From sequence record OR844650.1: a stretch of DNA of 64,000 nucleotides; one strand, written 5' to 3'. Both the position numbers and the translations under genes were made by a program. Shown piece after piece: positions 17,492-26,583 of the stretch (positions are counted from its first letter, which is position 1; every line of letters starts with the position of its first letter). The notes under the pieces were generated by a model. That model ran no database searches. It saw only the letters and a list, made by a program, of their open reading frames with translations, and was not told where the DNA came from.

Positions 17492-18172
17492 TTAATCAAT
17501 GATTTTATATTCACGATGACCATAGAATCCAGCCTCAAGGATGCGATTACCATCAGCATCTTCCAAATCCCACCCACGGGATGTTTCGGCAATAATAGTC
17601 ATGATGTGACCTCTTGGGAAAATGCCACTCAGAGTGGATACATCCTCAAGTAATTGAACTTTCTTTCCAACATTGGAATTCGGTTTAAACATTTTATGGC
17701 CCTTATTCATTGATCACATCAAGTACTTTATCCAGCTTTTTACCAATGCTTTCCTTTGGTTTCTCACCATTCTGGAATACATTAGAACTGCAATAGTCAG
17801 GACGTGTATTAGGAAACTTCTCCTGCATCCAACTATGACCATACACACCCAGCATAATACCAACAATAAGAATGATAATTTGCATGATAAACCTCTTAAT
17901 TAATGTTTTATTTTAGAACTCAATATAGAAAGTATACTCTAGTACTTCTTATATGTCAACTATTATTCTTTCTCACCAACAAACAGTTTAACTTTTGTAT
18001 TACTGTTATAACACCACATCTGTTCTTTGTTAATAGACATCCAGATATTTTTATTGACCTGTTCGTAGGTACTATCACGAACAGAAATACATTGATTCAT
18101 GGAATTCATTGGAGTGATTTGTACACCGCTTTGCATGGAAAGAGCTACTACTAAAAAGATTACTGAATTCAT
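17492..18172 (-). other. Three small CDS (17492..17710, 17703..17885, 17963..18172); the last two have N-terminal hydrophobic segments
   Basis: ORFs with SD sequences. Confidence 0.6.
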
Positions 18173-18236
18173 TGGATATTCCTTAATGGTTAATCATCCA
18201 TCTCTTCGAGATGTCTGTTCGCTTCTAATACTACGT

Positions 18237-18265
18237 ATTCTACGCGAATGATTAATAACTGTCAA
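18237..18265 (-). promoter_or_regulatory. sigma70-type promoter TTGACA-17-TAGAAT
   Basis: Near-consensus, immediately downstream of the structured RNA. Confidence 0.75.
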
Positions 18266-18269
18266 GGAC

Positions 18270-18753
18270 TTTTAATATTGACGGGATTTGAGGAAGGGAT
18301 TTTTCTTCCCCCCACAAGGAGGGAAATTTGACGCTGATGGTATCAGAGCTATTGCATTGAAGATTACTCATAACGAGTGCGAAAGCGGGTCATCCTGTTT
18401 CTCTCTACTTCAGTTTCATATGACGGTCTACACTTTTAAACATAGTGTATCTTCATTAAGTATCTATGCAATCAAATACTTAATGTGAGTACTCAAATTC
18501 TGGACGCAACTTTCCTGTACAAAATTTGATAACTCTCCCTTAGATAATTCGTAAGGTGTTATCCTTATATGTCTATCAAGGAACCACCAGCTATCCTAAC
18601 GTGGTTCTTTATACAGCCGCATTGCCGTGAGGGGTTCAAACTATGCCCACATCTAACGGGTTTCTTTTGCTGTTCGCACTGTCGGACTGCTCAACTGCCC
18701 TCTACGTTTTCGAGTGGTTCAGGTACATGAATATCATGCCAACAGAATTGTAC
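18270..18753 (-). ncRNA. candidate large structured non-coding RNA (~480 nt), family unknown
   Basis: No minus-strand ORF; higher GC than flanks; extended -10 TGaTATAAT at 18760-18768; at least six stems, e.g. 18454-18463/18476-18485, 18528-18542/18552-18563, 18581-18587/18601-18607. Confidence 0.6.
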
Positions 18754-18789
18754 AAGATAATTATATCACAAACTTTTACTTCATCCCAT

Positions 18790-18820
18790 AAAAAAAGGTT
18801 GGCTTATGCCAACCTTTTTT
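18790..18820. terminator. bidirectional intrinsic terminator after the sigma factor gene
   Basis: A7-GGTTGGC-ttat-GCCAACC-T6. Confidence 0.85.
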
Positions 18821-18822
18821 CT

Positions 18823-19788
18823 TTAGAAATCTTCGTATTCGTACCCTTTTGCAAGTACTAGCTTCTTAAGCTTTTGCATAGCTTCACTGTACTTTCGGTG
18901 TATTGATGAACGGGATTTAACATATTTTCCATTATCATCAACAAAACCATTATCAGCAATCTCACGAAGCGTTTCAGGTTCATATTCACCTAGACCATGA
19001 ACACGATGGATAATCTCACGTTCTTTAGTACTCAATTCGTTAGTCAGTTCATTGATAGCATAACGTAAAGGTGCACGAATACTATCAACATTGAGGTTAA
19101 AATCAGAAGCAGGTGAATGAATAATGTCACCTAGTGTACCATCGGTAACACCGTCTAATGGTGCATCCAGAGAAGTGTATTCGCTTTGAAATAACAAACA
19201 GTTATTAACATGCTGAATCTCAATCCCAGTACCCTCTGAGATTATTTCAGGAGTTGGGCGAACACCATGTTTACGCATATATTCCTGGCAGAATCTTTTT
19301 ACTTTGATCTTATGAACACTCATATAACGTGGGAAGTGTACCATATAGTTAGCGTCAGAACTTTCGTTATAAACTGTCATGTAAATACTAGAAGAAGCAT
19401 AGGTAATGAACTTAACATTCTTATTAAGATCAAAGGTTTTTAGTGCTCTCATGAACCCCTCAACACCATATGAAATCTTATCTTCAAATGGGATATAACA
19501 AGTACATTTACTTGCTACATCAATAATAAGTCCATAATTGTAACGAACTAACAGTTCAGTGTTTTTCTTTACATTGATACCAGCTTGAATATCACGAATT
19601 AGATCTTCATTGGAAACATTTGGTGGTCGCTTAAGTGTAATATTATATTTGAAACTGCTTTGTACTTTACCTTCATTTTCATCTTTATCTTCAACGAAAT
19701 CTAAGGCTTCTAGTGTGTTGACTTCTTCATTAGCAAAACATTCATCCAGAACTTCTTCGGCAATTGTATTTAAATCAAGCTTTTTCAC
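18823..19788 (-). CDS. RNA polymerase sigma factor, sigma70 family (RpoD/RpoS-like regions 2-4)
   Basis: Region 2 LVRYNYGLII..EDKISYGVEGFMRALKTFD..KFITYA; region 3 RPTPEIIS..TSLDAPL; region 4 LSTKEREII..ETLREIA..SRSSIHRKYSEAMQKL. Confidence 0.9.
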   Translation of the reverse strand: MKKLDLNTIAEEVLDECFANEEVNTLEALDFVEDKDENEGKVQSSFKYNITLKRPPNVSNEDLIRDIQAGINVKKNTELLVRYNYGLIIDVASKCTCYIPFEDKISYGVEGFMRALKTFDLNKNVKFITYASSSIYMTVYNESSDANYMVHFPRYMSVHKIKVKRFCQEYMRKHGVRPTPEIISEGTGIEIQHVNNCLLFQSEYTSLDAPLDGVTDGTLGDIIHSPASDFNLNVDSIRAPLRYAINELTNELSTKEREIIHRVHGLGEYEPETLREIADNGFVDDNGKYVKSRSSIHRKYSEAMQKLKKLVLAKGYEYEDF

Positions 19789-19809
19789 TTACATCTCCTA
19801 ATGACGAAA

Positions 19810-20307
19810 TCAAAATCGATATACATTAATATTATCATCTGTGAAGCAATCATGGTTATGCACATCCATGAAAGTACTAAACACTTTATCATATAAAGTT
19901 GTATGTTCTTCATGAATAGCAGCATCTAGCATGTATTCTCCACCACTACCCATAAAGAAAGTGTAGTCTTCATGTAGATATTCAAGTTTTTTAATAAACT
20001 TTCCTTTAGTTAAAATCATATGAATAACATAATCTTTAGAAAGAAGCACACAATGGCAACTTAACTTTCTGTCAGGTATAACTGGTACTTTATTAATTAA
20101 CCAATCCAGTACTTTATCAATTTCACTTACTGACCCACTAGCACTGAATAAACGGTCATGTACATATAAAGTTTTTTGATTAACAACTCCATATTGATAT
20201 TTTGGTCTTAGTGGGAAAAAACCAAATAAGTTTCGTGGTATAGTTGACGTAACTCTAGAATCGGTAATCAATAAATTTAATCGTTTATCAATATAAACAG
20301 TTGTCAT
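19810..20307 (-). CDS. Ntn-hydrolase, HslV/proteasome-beta-like peptidase
   Basis: N-terminal (M)TT, DSRVT and MGSGGEY motifs. Confidence 0.6.
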   Translation of the reverse strand: MTTVYIDKRLNLLITDSRVTSTIPRNLFGFFPLRPKYQYGVVNQKTLYVHDRLFSASGSVSEIDKVLDWLINKVPVIPDRKLSCHCVLLSKDYVIHMILTKGKFIKKLEYLHEDYTFFMGSGGEYMLDAAIHEEHTTLYDKVFSTFMDVHNHDCFTDDNINVYRF

Positions 20308-20308
20308 A

Positions 20309-21320
20309 TTAAACCTTATCTAAGAATTTATCGTATATATAAAATTCTTTATCGGTGAATACATTAATTCTAGTATCGAATCTTTGCATCGTGTTCATAT
20401 ACAATGAACTTTTTAAATAAAAATACAAAGCAACAAATTCTGATATATGCATATTCTTTTTATTGTTACATAAATTCTTTAGCATTTTGATGCTATCAAA
20501 TTCTTCTTTATCAAATCTGTACTGGTAAAAATTGTATCTATTGGAACGGCACTCATAGATACGAAGTGCCATTATATCAATACATTCTTTAGATTTACAG
20601 TACTTATTCAATACGTCATAATCACCCGTACATAATGCTACAAAGATTTTATGTGCAAGCGTAGCTTTGCCCTCAATCGTATAATAGCCAAAGAATTTAA
20701 TGATTAAGTACTGAATGAATGTAATCATTTGATTTAGAATTTCTCCGAAATTACTAGAGTGTCATCATAATCTTCTGCAATCTCATGAAGAACTTTTAAG
20801 TTACTTTCACCAGAAACGCTTTGTACTTCGTTCAAAAGATAGTTTAGATCAACTTTAGTTACTTTTTCTGAATCAAATACACAGAAAGTCAATTCAGCGT
20901 TTGGACAGATCTTCTTCAGATTATCAGCAACAACTTGTTTGAAGTTGAAAGATGGGGAAGCAACCAGGTTAACTGCAACGAGAATAGATTTCATAATGTT
21001 TTCCTTTTTAGCTGATAATTAAATTAGGAGCACATTGTACTCCATATTATTTGTTATGTAAAATACTTTTAGATACCAAGTGCAGTAGATAACTCTTTAC
21101 GTTTGTTATATGAATCAGATTCAATCTTACTTTTCTTGTTGAAAAGGGATTCGATATCCTTATAGATTGCTTCGATAGATTTAGTTACTACCCATTCTGA
21201 TTCTTGAAGCATACCTTGGAGTCGTGCGTACTCAACTTTGATAGTACTGCGAAGTTCTTCACAAACTTCTTCATTCTTAATTAGTGCAGCACTAAGTTCT
21301 TTGACCTTATCGATGTTCAT
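20309..21320 (-). other. Three hypothetical CDS (20309..20728, 20734..20994, 21069..21320)
   Basis: ORFs of 83-139 aa; the last is coiled-coil-like. Confidence 0.65.
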
Positions 21321-21379
21321 AAGTTCCTTACTCTAATTTGCTTTTAACAAAATAATTATATATAACATACTAAATTATG

Positions 21380-21805
21380 TCAAGTATTTTTAGTACCTTC
21401 TTCTGCCATTTTTGTGATATACCAATTAAGTACTGATTTGTGTACCATAAAAAATGTGAATGCAAATATAGCAATAGCTGCTGATGTAACACTATTAGAT
21501 AATGACCCAAGTTGGATGTTAGTACCTAAAATAACAATAAATGGATACAACACAATCAATCTACTGTAAGGTTCGTCTCCAGTATCACGGAGAAATCCAA
21601 GCCTTTCATGATCAGTATCCATAGTGACAATTGGACAGAACATAAGTGCAGACATAAGAGCAATACCAATTTGTGCTACATTGGAAATTGTAAACCACAA
21701 AGGATTTAAACCATATGAAATATTATTTTCTGTACAGTAGTAACCAAACGAATTGAATGCACAAACTAAAAATACAAAAATACAAATCTTATTATAGCCT
21801 CTCAT
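21380..21805 (-). CDS. membrane protein, 4 TM
   Basis: Hydrophobic segments; similar layout to the next gene. Confidence 0.7.
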   Translation of the reverse strand: MRGYNKICIFVFLVCAFNSFGYYCTENNISYGLNPLWFTISNVAQIGIALMSALMFCPIVTMDTDHERLGFLRDTGDEPYSRLIVLYPFIVILGTNIQLGSLSNSVTSAAIAIFAFTFFMVHKSVLNWYITKMAEEGTKNT

Positions 21806-22224
21806 TTGTTTAGCTCCGTTAATTTTCGTTTAACTTCTAGATCATGAAACTCATCGGCATATGAGTTTTGAACAGTTCTGATGTATTCCAACATAACAAA
21901 CATAGTTCCACATACCCATAGATATGTATAGTAATCAAATACAAATGCATATAACATACACGGTACTAAAATGAAAGTGTAAACAAAACTATATCGTGTA
22001 GTTCCAAATACTTTCAGATATAACAAACGTCGATAATCACGGGCAAATGTATTGATGCACACTGAAAATGTAATTAATGTATACCATGAAATACCCTGAA
22101 TTAAACCTGAAACATTTAAAAGTTTATGTTCATCGGAAAACCCCAGTGCATTTAGCACTGGAGCCATAACCCAACCAATAATACTAATAAGAAAAAGATA
22201 TTTTGCATTACTTAGTGTGAACAT
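21802..22224 (-). CDS. membrane protein, 4 TM
   Basis: Hydrophobic segments. Confidence 0.7.
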   Translation of the reverse strand: MFTLSNAKYLFLISIIGWVMAPVLNALGFSDEHKLLNVSGLIQGISWYTLITFSVCINTFARDYRRLLYLKVFGTTRYSFVYTFILVPCMLYAFVFDYYTYLWVCGTMFVMLEYIRTVQNSYADEFHDLEVKRKLTELNK

Positions 22225-22225
22225 A

Positions 22226-22684
22226 TTACTTTAGTCCCCATGCTTTTTTGATTGCATCAACAGAGTTTTGGTCCACTACTTCCTTTTTTTCTGATGTAGT
22301 TTGAAGTTTATTAATTACATATTCCTTTGCATCTTTTTCTATCATAAATTTACCATCAACCAACACACCAAAAACTTTAGAATTTCGGGCTGGATATGGA
22401 TTAATTTCATCAAGAGTACGGACTTTCTTATCAACTATAATGGCTTTGATGTAACCAGTTTCAAGTACTGTTGTAATCACAGTCATTTCAATTGCAACTG
22501 GTGAATCTTCCCAATACGCAATCCATTTAGTAAAGCTACGATCAGGTGAATCTTTTGTGCATTTTAATTTAATTGCACTATTAAAAATGTATTGTTTAAA
22601 ATTGTCATCGACAACTTCACTAATACTAAAATAACCTTCACGCTCTTCAACATTACGTTTGAAATTTGTAGCTAATACATCCAT
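22226..22684 (-). CDS. hypothetical protein
   Basis: 152-aa ORF. Confidence 0.7.
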   Translation of the reverse strand: MDVLATNFKRNVEEREGYFSISEVVDDNFKQYIFNSAIKLKCTKDSPDRSFTKWIAYWEDSPVAIEMTVITTVLETGYIKAIIVDKKVRTLDEINPYPARNSKVFGVLVDGKFMIEKDAKEYVINKLQTTSEKKEVVDQNSVDAIKKAWGLK

Positions 22685-22725
22685 TTTCCATCCCCCTTGG
22701 GTTACTTGGTGTGTTAATTATAATA

Positions 22726-23202
22726 CTAAGAATCTTTGTTGTCAAACTTTTCCCTCAAATATTTTTCTATTAATCTAATTTGTGTTGGTGGTAAGATAAA
22801 GTAATCGTACATAGATTTACTACCATGTATCGAACAACCTACACTAATACTATAATCATATGGATATAAGTATATTGGATCTTGTATATCAGGTATGAAA
22901 ACTATTCTTGATATATTACCATTTCCTATTCTTACTTGGACGTTATCATTATTATTAAGATAATTTCTTATACAGTACTCAATTATACCATTTACTTTAG
23001 AATCATAACCATAATTTTTATATTCAGGAAAAATGAAATAGCGTTCATGGTATAGATATGAGCATAGTAATGCTGGGAAAAAATTCCAAAAACCTTCATG
23101 CTTTGCAATTGTTTGTGCATATTTAAAATGATTAGCATTACTAAAAATATTATACAGCACAAAATACACAAATGGACTTACCAATAACACTATTGTTAAC
23201 AT
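22726..23202 (-). CDS. membrane-anchored hypothetical protein
   Basis: N-terminal TM segment. Confidence 0.7.
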   Translation of the reverse strand: MLTIVLLVSPFVYFVLYNIFSNANHFKYAQTIAKHEGFWNFFPALLCSYLYHERYFIFPEYKNYGYDSKVNGIIEYCIRNYLNNNDNVQVRIGNGNISRIVFIPDIQDPIYLYPYDYSISVGCSIHGSKSMYDYFILPPTQIRLIEKYLREKFDNKDS

Positions 23203-23663
23203 CAGAAGCCTCTGTATTTTTCATACACTTCAACGCATTCCATGATTTTGTCATCGTCCATCATATCATAGCCTTGTAGAAATTCTTCTTTATCAACCTT
23301 CCCTGCCATCATATCTGTGTCAGAAATTCTGGAGTCATAGAAGTAATACATATCTTTATAGTACTGGTTTTTGTGCTGCTCAATCTTTACTTTAGCATAT
23401 CCAGCACAAAATGAAGGAGATTTAACAACTTCCCATTTATGCTTCTTGATGGGTTTATCATTAGCATGTTTTTCCCTGTATGTCTGACGATAACGTTCAC
23501 GCATTTCAGGCATGTATTCTTCAGCAGTACGTTTAGGGGGAGTTTTACCAGTCCCAATAGTTTTAATAGTTTGACGTTGTTCTTCTGCGTGTACTGGGGA
23601 AATGAAACATGATGTACCAAACAGTACTGCTACGATAACCATAAAATTCTTAAACATAATCAA
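23202..23663 (-). CDS. exported protein
   Basis: Signal peptide ending VHA. Confidence 0.7.
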   Translation of the reverse strand: MIMFKNFMVIVAVLFGTSCFISPVHAEEQRQTIKTIGTGKTPPKRTAEEYMPEMRERYRQTYREKHANDKPIKKHKWEVVKSPSFCAGYAKVKIEQHKNQYYKDMYYFYDSRISDTDMMAGKVDKEEFLQGYDMMDDDKIMECVEVYEKYRGF

Positions 23664-23887
23664 ACCTCTTTTACAATAATATCGATTGATACTGGAATTG
23701 CAATTTCACTATTACATGAATATACATCAGCACAGTACTCAATATCTAGTACTTTATAATATTTCTCAAAACCACAAATGGTAAGATTCAACGTTGACCC
23801 AACTGCTGGGAGTACAGGAAATGATAAGAACGCAATTTTAGAATGAAATTCTTCATTGATATCTTGATATACAGTTGCAGTAATCAC
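23660..23887 (-). CDS. hypothetical protein
   Basis: 75-aa ORF. Confidence 0.65.
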   Translation of the reverse strand: MITATVYQDINEEFHSKIAFLSFPVLPAVGSTLNLTICGFEKYYKVLDIEYCADVYSCNSEIAIPVSIDIIVKEV

Positions 23888-24468
23888 AATGGTAACTCCT
23901 GTAGTGGTTTCATAATACCGAGTACTGGGTGATTTTCAATCATTGGTCGCCCTGGTACACCAGTGAGGATAACTGGGATAGAACTAATATCTTTTACATA
24001 GTTGAATCCCTCAAACGTGAACTCTTGTTTTTTCTCATTATACAATACCCATAGTATTACGTCAGCTTTTTTCTGGATATTTTTTAACTGTCGAGTACTA
24101 ACACATGGTCCAAAGTCAGTCCATGATTTATACTTGATACCTTTTACTTCAATACGAAGGTTGTTTACCTTAATATCACATTCACCGTCACGTGCTTCAT
24201 TTTGGAATGCTGGATCGATATTAAGTTTAATACCAGTATTGTTTTCAATTTCATTAAAAAGTACTAAAGATGCGTGCTCACACACCATACCAACAAAATG
24301 ACTATGTGCATGATTAAAACCATATGGCGATTTACTTGCTGGAGCCAAAAGTTTATATCTTTCTGATTTTTCAATCGCTTTTGCCATAAAGGAATCAGCT
24401 TCATCTTTATATAACTTAACAGTCATTTTTCCATTTTTCAGTACTAATCTATTATCAATAACATTCAT
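23884..24468 (-). CDS. PD-(D/E)XK nuclease-like protein
   Basis: GMVCEHA helix followed by ECDIKVNNLRIEVKG. Confidence 0.5.
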   Translation of the reverse strand: MNVIDNRLVLKNGKMTVKLYKDEADSFMAKAIEKSERYKLLAPASKSPYGFNHAHSHFVGMVCEHASLVLFNEIENNTGIKLNIDPAFQNEARDGECDIKVNNLRIEVKGIKYKSWTDFGPCVSTRQLKNIQKKADVILWVLYNEKKQEFTFEGFNYVKDISSIPVILTGVPGRPMIENHPVLGIMKPLQELPL

Positions 24469-24584
24469 AAAAACACCTCATTATTCATTCACTACATGAT
24501 AACACCAAATCATACACCAGTCAAGCTCATTTTTTGGATATGCATAATAAATACGTTATAATAATTATACCAATGGAGGGATAA

Positions 24585-25739
24585 ATGTCAAGGTCAATTG
24601 CTGCGGCTGGACGCTATAAGTTTGGTGAATGTGGTTATGTTGTTGATGGTGCAATCCTCAATGATGGAACTAGACTAAAAAATATTAGAATCTATCGCCA
24701 AAGAAGCCATAGATTATATGATTTAGTTGATCCAAGAACTAATATAATATATCGTAAAGTACAAATAACAACTAAAGATAATAAAGGTTATCTATTAAAT
24801 TACAATAAAACTAATGACCAACTATTAAGTGAAATTAATAAAAATTGTTTCTTTGTTCGTGGATATTCTGAAGAGCCACAAGAAACTGATACTGGATTTG
24901 TATATAAATTCATGCTACATAAAACAATTTTAGGTAGTTCACAAACCTTGTATCATATGTATACACCTGAATGTGGTATTATAGATCGTGATATAGATAA
25001 TATTCTCATTTCACCAGTATTTGTTGGTAATGACTCAATTAGTGGTAAATTATTCAACACTGGTTCAGAAATTGATACTAACGGTATGGTAATAACAATC
25101 GTATTACCAGACGGGACAGAATACTTTACTACCCAATTTGTTAATGATGCATTTACAATTCCAGTTGATGTTATCACACAATCAGGGAAAGGTACTGCTA
25201 CGCTCACTTCTCCATATTATAACACTAAAGTGGTGGAATTTGATGTTCTTGAAAGTGGTGAGGATATTGATTTTGTTACATCAGTTCTTCTATCCCAATT
25301 TGAACCTGTTTCGGAAGGTGTATTTTCTGCGGTTGTTCCATTTGATGTTCATGATCGTGGACAGTACTTAGCACTTCAAGCATACAGTGGTGACTTATAT
25401 CAAGTTGGTGTAGATCTTTCTGTAGACGCAGAAGGTAATATTACTGTGTATCAAACTGATAATTTACCTGTTTCTTTGAGTATAATCGGAAAAACACTGC
25501 ATACTACTCCTTTCCATAAAGAATATACTTTAAGTGAGTGGGTTCTCGGTGAAGACTCTATGTACTCTATCTCAGTTCCAGTAACTGAACATGGTAAAGC
25601 ACTACCACAAGTTCAATTATATTCTTCAGACAATCATGTAGTTCATAGTGAAATACAAGTGGATGAAGATGATAATGTAATTCTTAAAGTAGTAGAACCG
25701 CTTGACTGCTCAGTCGTAATAGTTGGTTACAACGCATAA
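24585..25739 (+). CDS. 384-aa beta-rich protein, possibly structural; the only convincing plus-strand gene
   Basis: GGAGGG SD; ATAAATA upstream; two C-terminal repeats (VVPFDVHDRG..VDAEGNITV and VPVTEHGKA..VDEDDNVIL). Confidence 0.7.
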   Translation: MSRSIAAAGRYKFGECGYVVDGAILNDGTRLKNIRIYRQRSHRLYDLVDPRTNIIYRKVQITTKDNKGYLLNYNKTNDQLLSEINKNCFFVRGYSEEPQETDTGFVYKFMLHKTILGSSQTLYHMYTPECGIIDRDIDNILISPVFVGNDSISGKLFNTGSEIDTNGMVITIVLPDGTEYFTTQFVNDAFTIPVDVITQSGKGTATLTSPYYNTKVVEFDVLESGEDIDFVTSVLLSQFEPVSEGVFSAVVPFDVHDRGQYLALQAYSGDLYQVGVDLSVDAEGNITVYQTDNLPVSLSIIGKTLHTTPFHKEYTLSEWVLGEDSMYSISVPVTEHGKALPQVQLYSSDNHVVHSEIQVDEDDNVILKVVEPLDCSVVIVGYNA

Positions 25740-25740
25740 T

Positions 25741-25766
25741 AAAAAAAGCCACTACATTGTAGTGGC
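25741..25766 (-). terminator. intrinsic terminator between convergent genes
   Basis: GCCACTAC-att-GTAGTGGC with T-tract on minus strand. Confidence 0.8.
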
Positions 25767-25781
25767 ATTAATTTTATCTAA

Positions 25782-26570
25782 TTATTTGAAATTGTCACGT
25801 AGAACTTCTTCAAGTGTTTTATCTGGATTGCTAATGGCTACATTATAAATCAATTCTTTAAATGCAGTTAGTGCCTGCTCAGTTGCTTCTGGACCAAAGT
25901 TCTCACTAATGCTTTTAAACATACTTTGTGCACGTTCTGATTTGATACAACTAGTTACAAACTTGTCAATTTCATTACGAAGCTGCTTAGTTGTCATGTC
26001 ACCAATGAGCATCTCACTAATTTCTTTTGGTTCATCTGCACTTGTTCGGACATTCGTAAAACCAAACACATCATCACCTGAGCCAAAGCTACGTTTTTCT
26101 TTTTTAGTTTCTTTTACTGGTTCTTCTTCAACTTCTTGTTCGTATTCTTTAGTAAAGAGATGAGATAGTACATCATCAAGATTTTTAACCATACCGTCAA
26201 TACGAGATTCAGCATTCTTGGATACATGTTTGAATGCTTGCTCTAGTGCTTTTTCTTGAATCTGGTCACGAACATTATTAACTACATTACGAAGTTTTTC
26301 ATTACAGTTGTCTAAAATTTCTAATACTTCACCAGTTTTGATTTTTTCCAAAAGTACATCTAAATCAGATTTTACATGTTGTTTTTGACTTACTTCACCA
26401 TTAAGAATTGAATTCAATTCTTTAGCACCTTCAACTGCTTCTTCATGTGTTTTAAATTCAACTGGTACGTCAACACCATCCAGTACAATATTAAGCACTT
26501 TACCATCAACGTAGGCGTAGGAGTAAGATGCTTTTTTGAAAGAAATAGTTTTGAAGAAAATGTTGCTCAT
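25782..26570 (-). CDS. hypothetical protein, acidic and helical
   Basis: Long ORF; AAGGAG SD before MSNIF. Confidence 0.75.
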   Translation of the reverse strand: MSNIFFKTISFKKASYSYAYVDGKVLNIVLDGVDVPVEFKTHEEAVEGAKELNSILNGEVSQKQHVKSDLDVLLEKIKTGEVLEILDNCNEKLRNVVNNVRDQIQEKALEQAFKHVSKNAESRIDGMVKNLDDVLSHLFTKEYEQEVEEEPVKETKKEKRSFGSGDDVFGFTNVRTSADEPKEISEMLIGDMTTKQLRNEIDKFVTSCIKSERAQSMFKSISENFGPEATEQALTAFKELIYNVAISNPDKTLEEVLRDNFK

Positions 26571-26583
26571 ATTGATATACTCC

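Noticed and set aside
18270-18753. tmRNA, RNase P RNA or group I intron as the identity of the large RNA
   Set aside because: There are no tRNA-like GGGG/CCA ends or tag ORF, no GAGGAAAGUCC P4 motif, and no interrupted flanking exons. An Rfam search is still needed.
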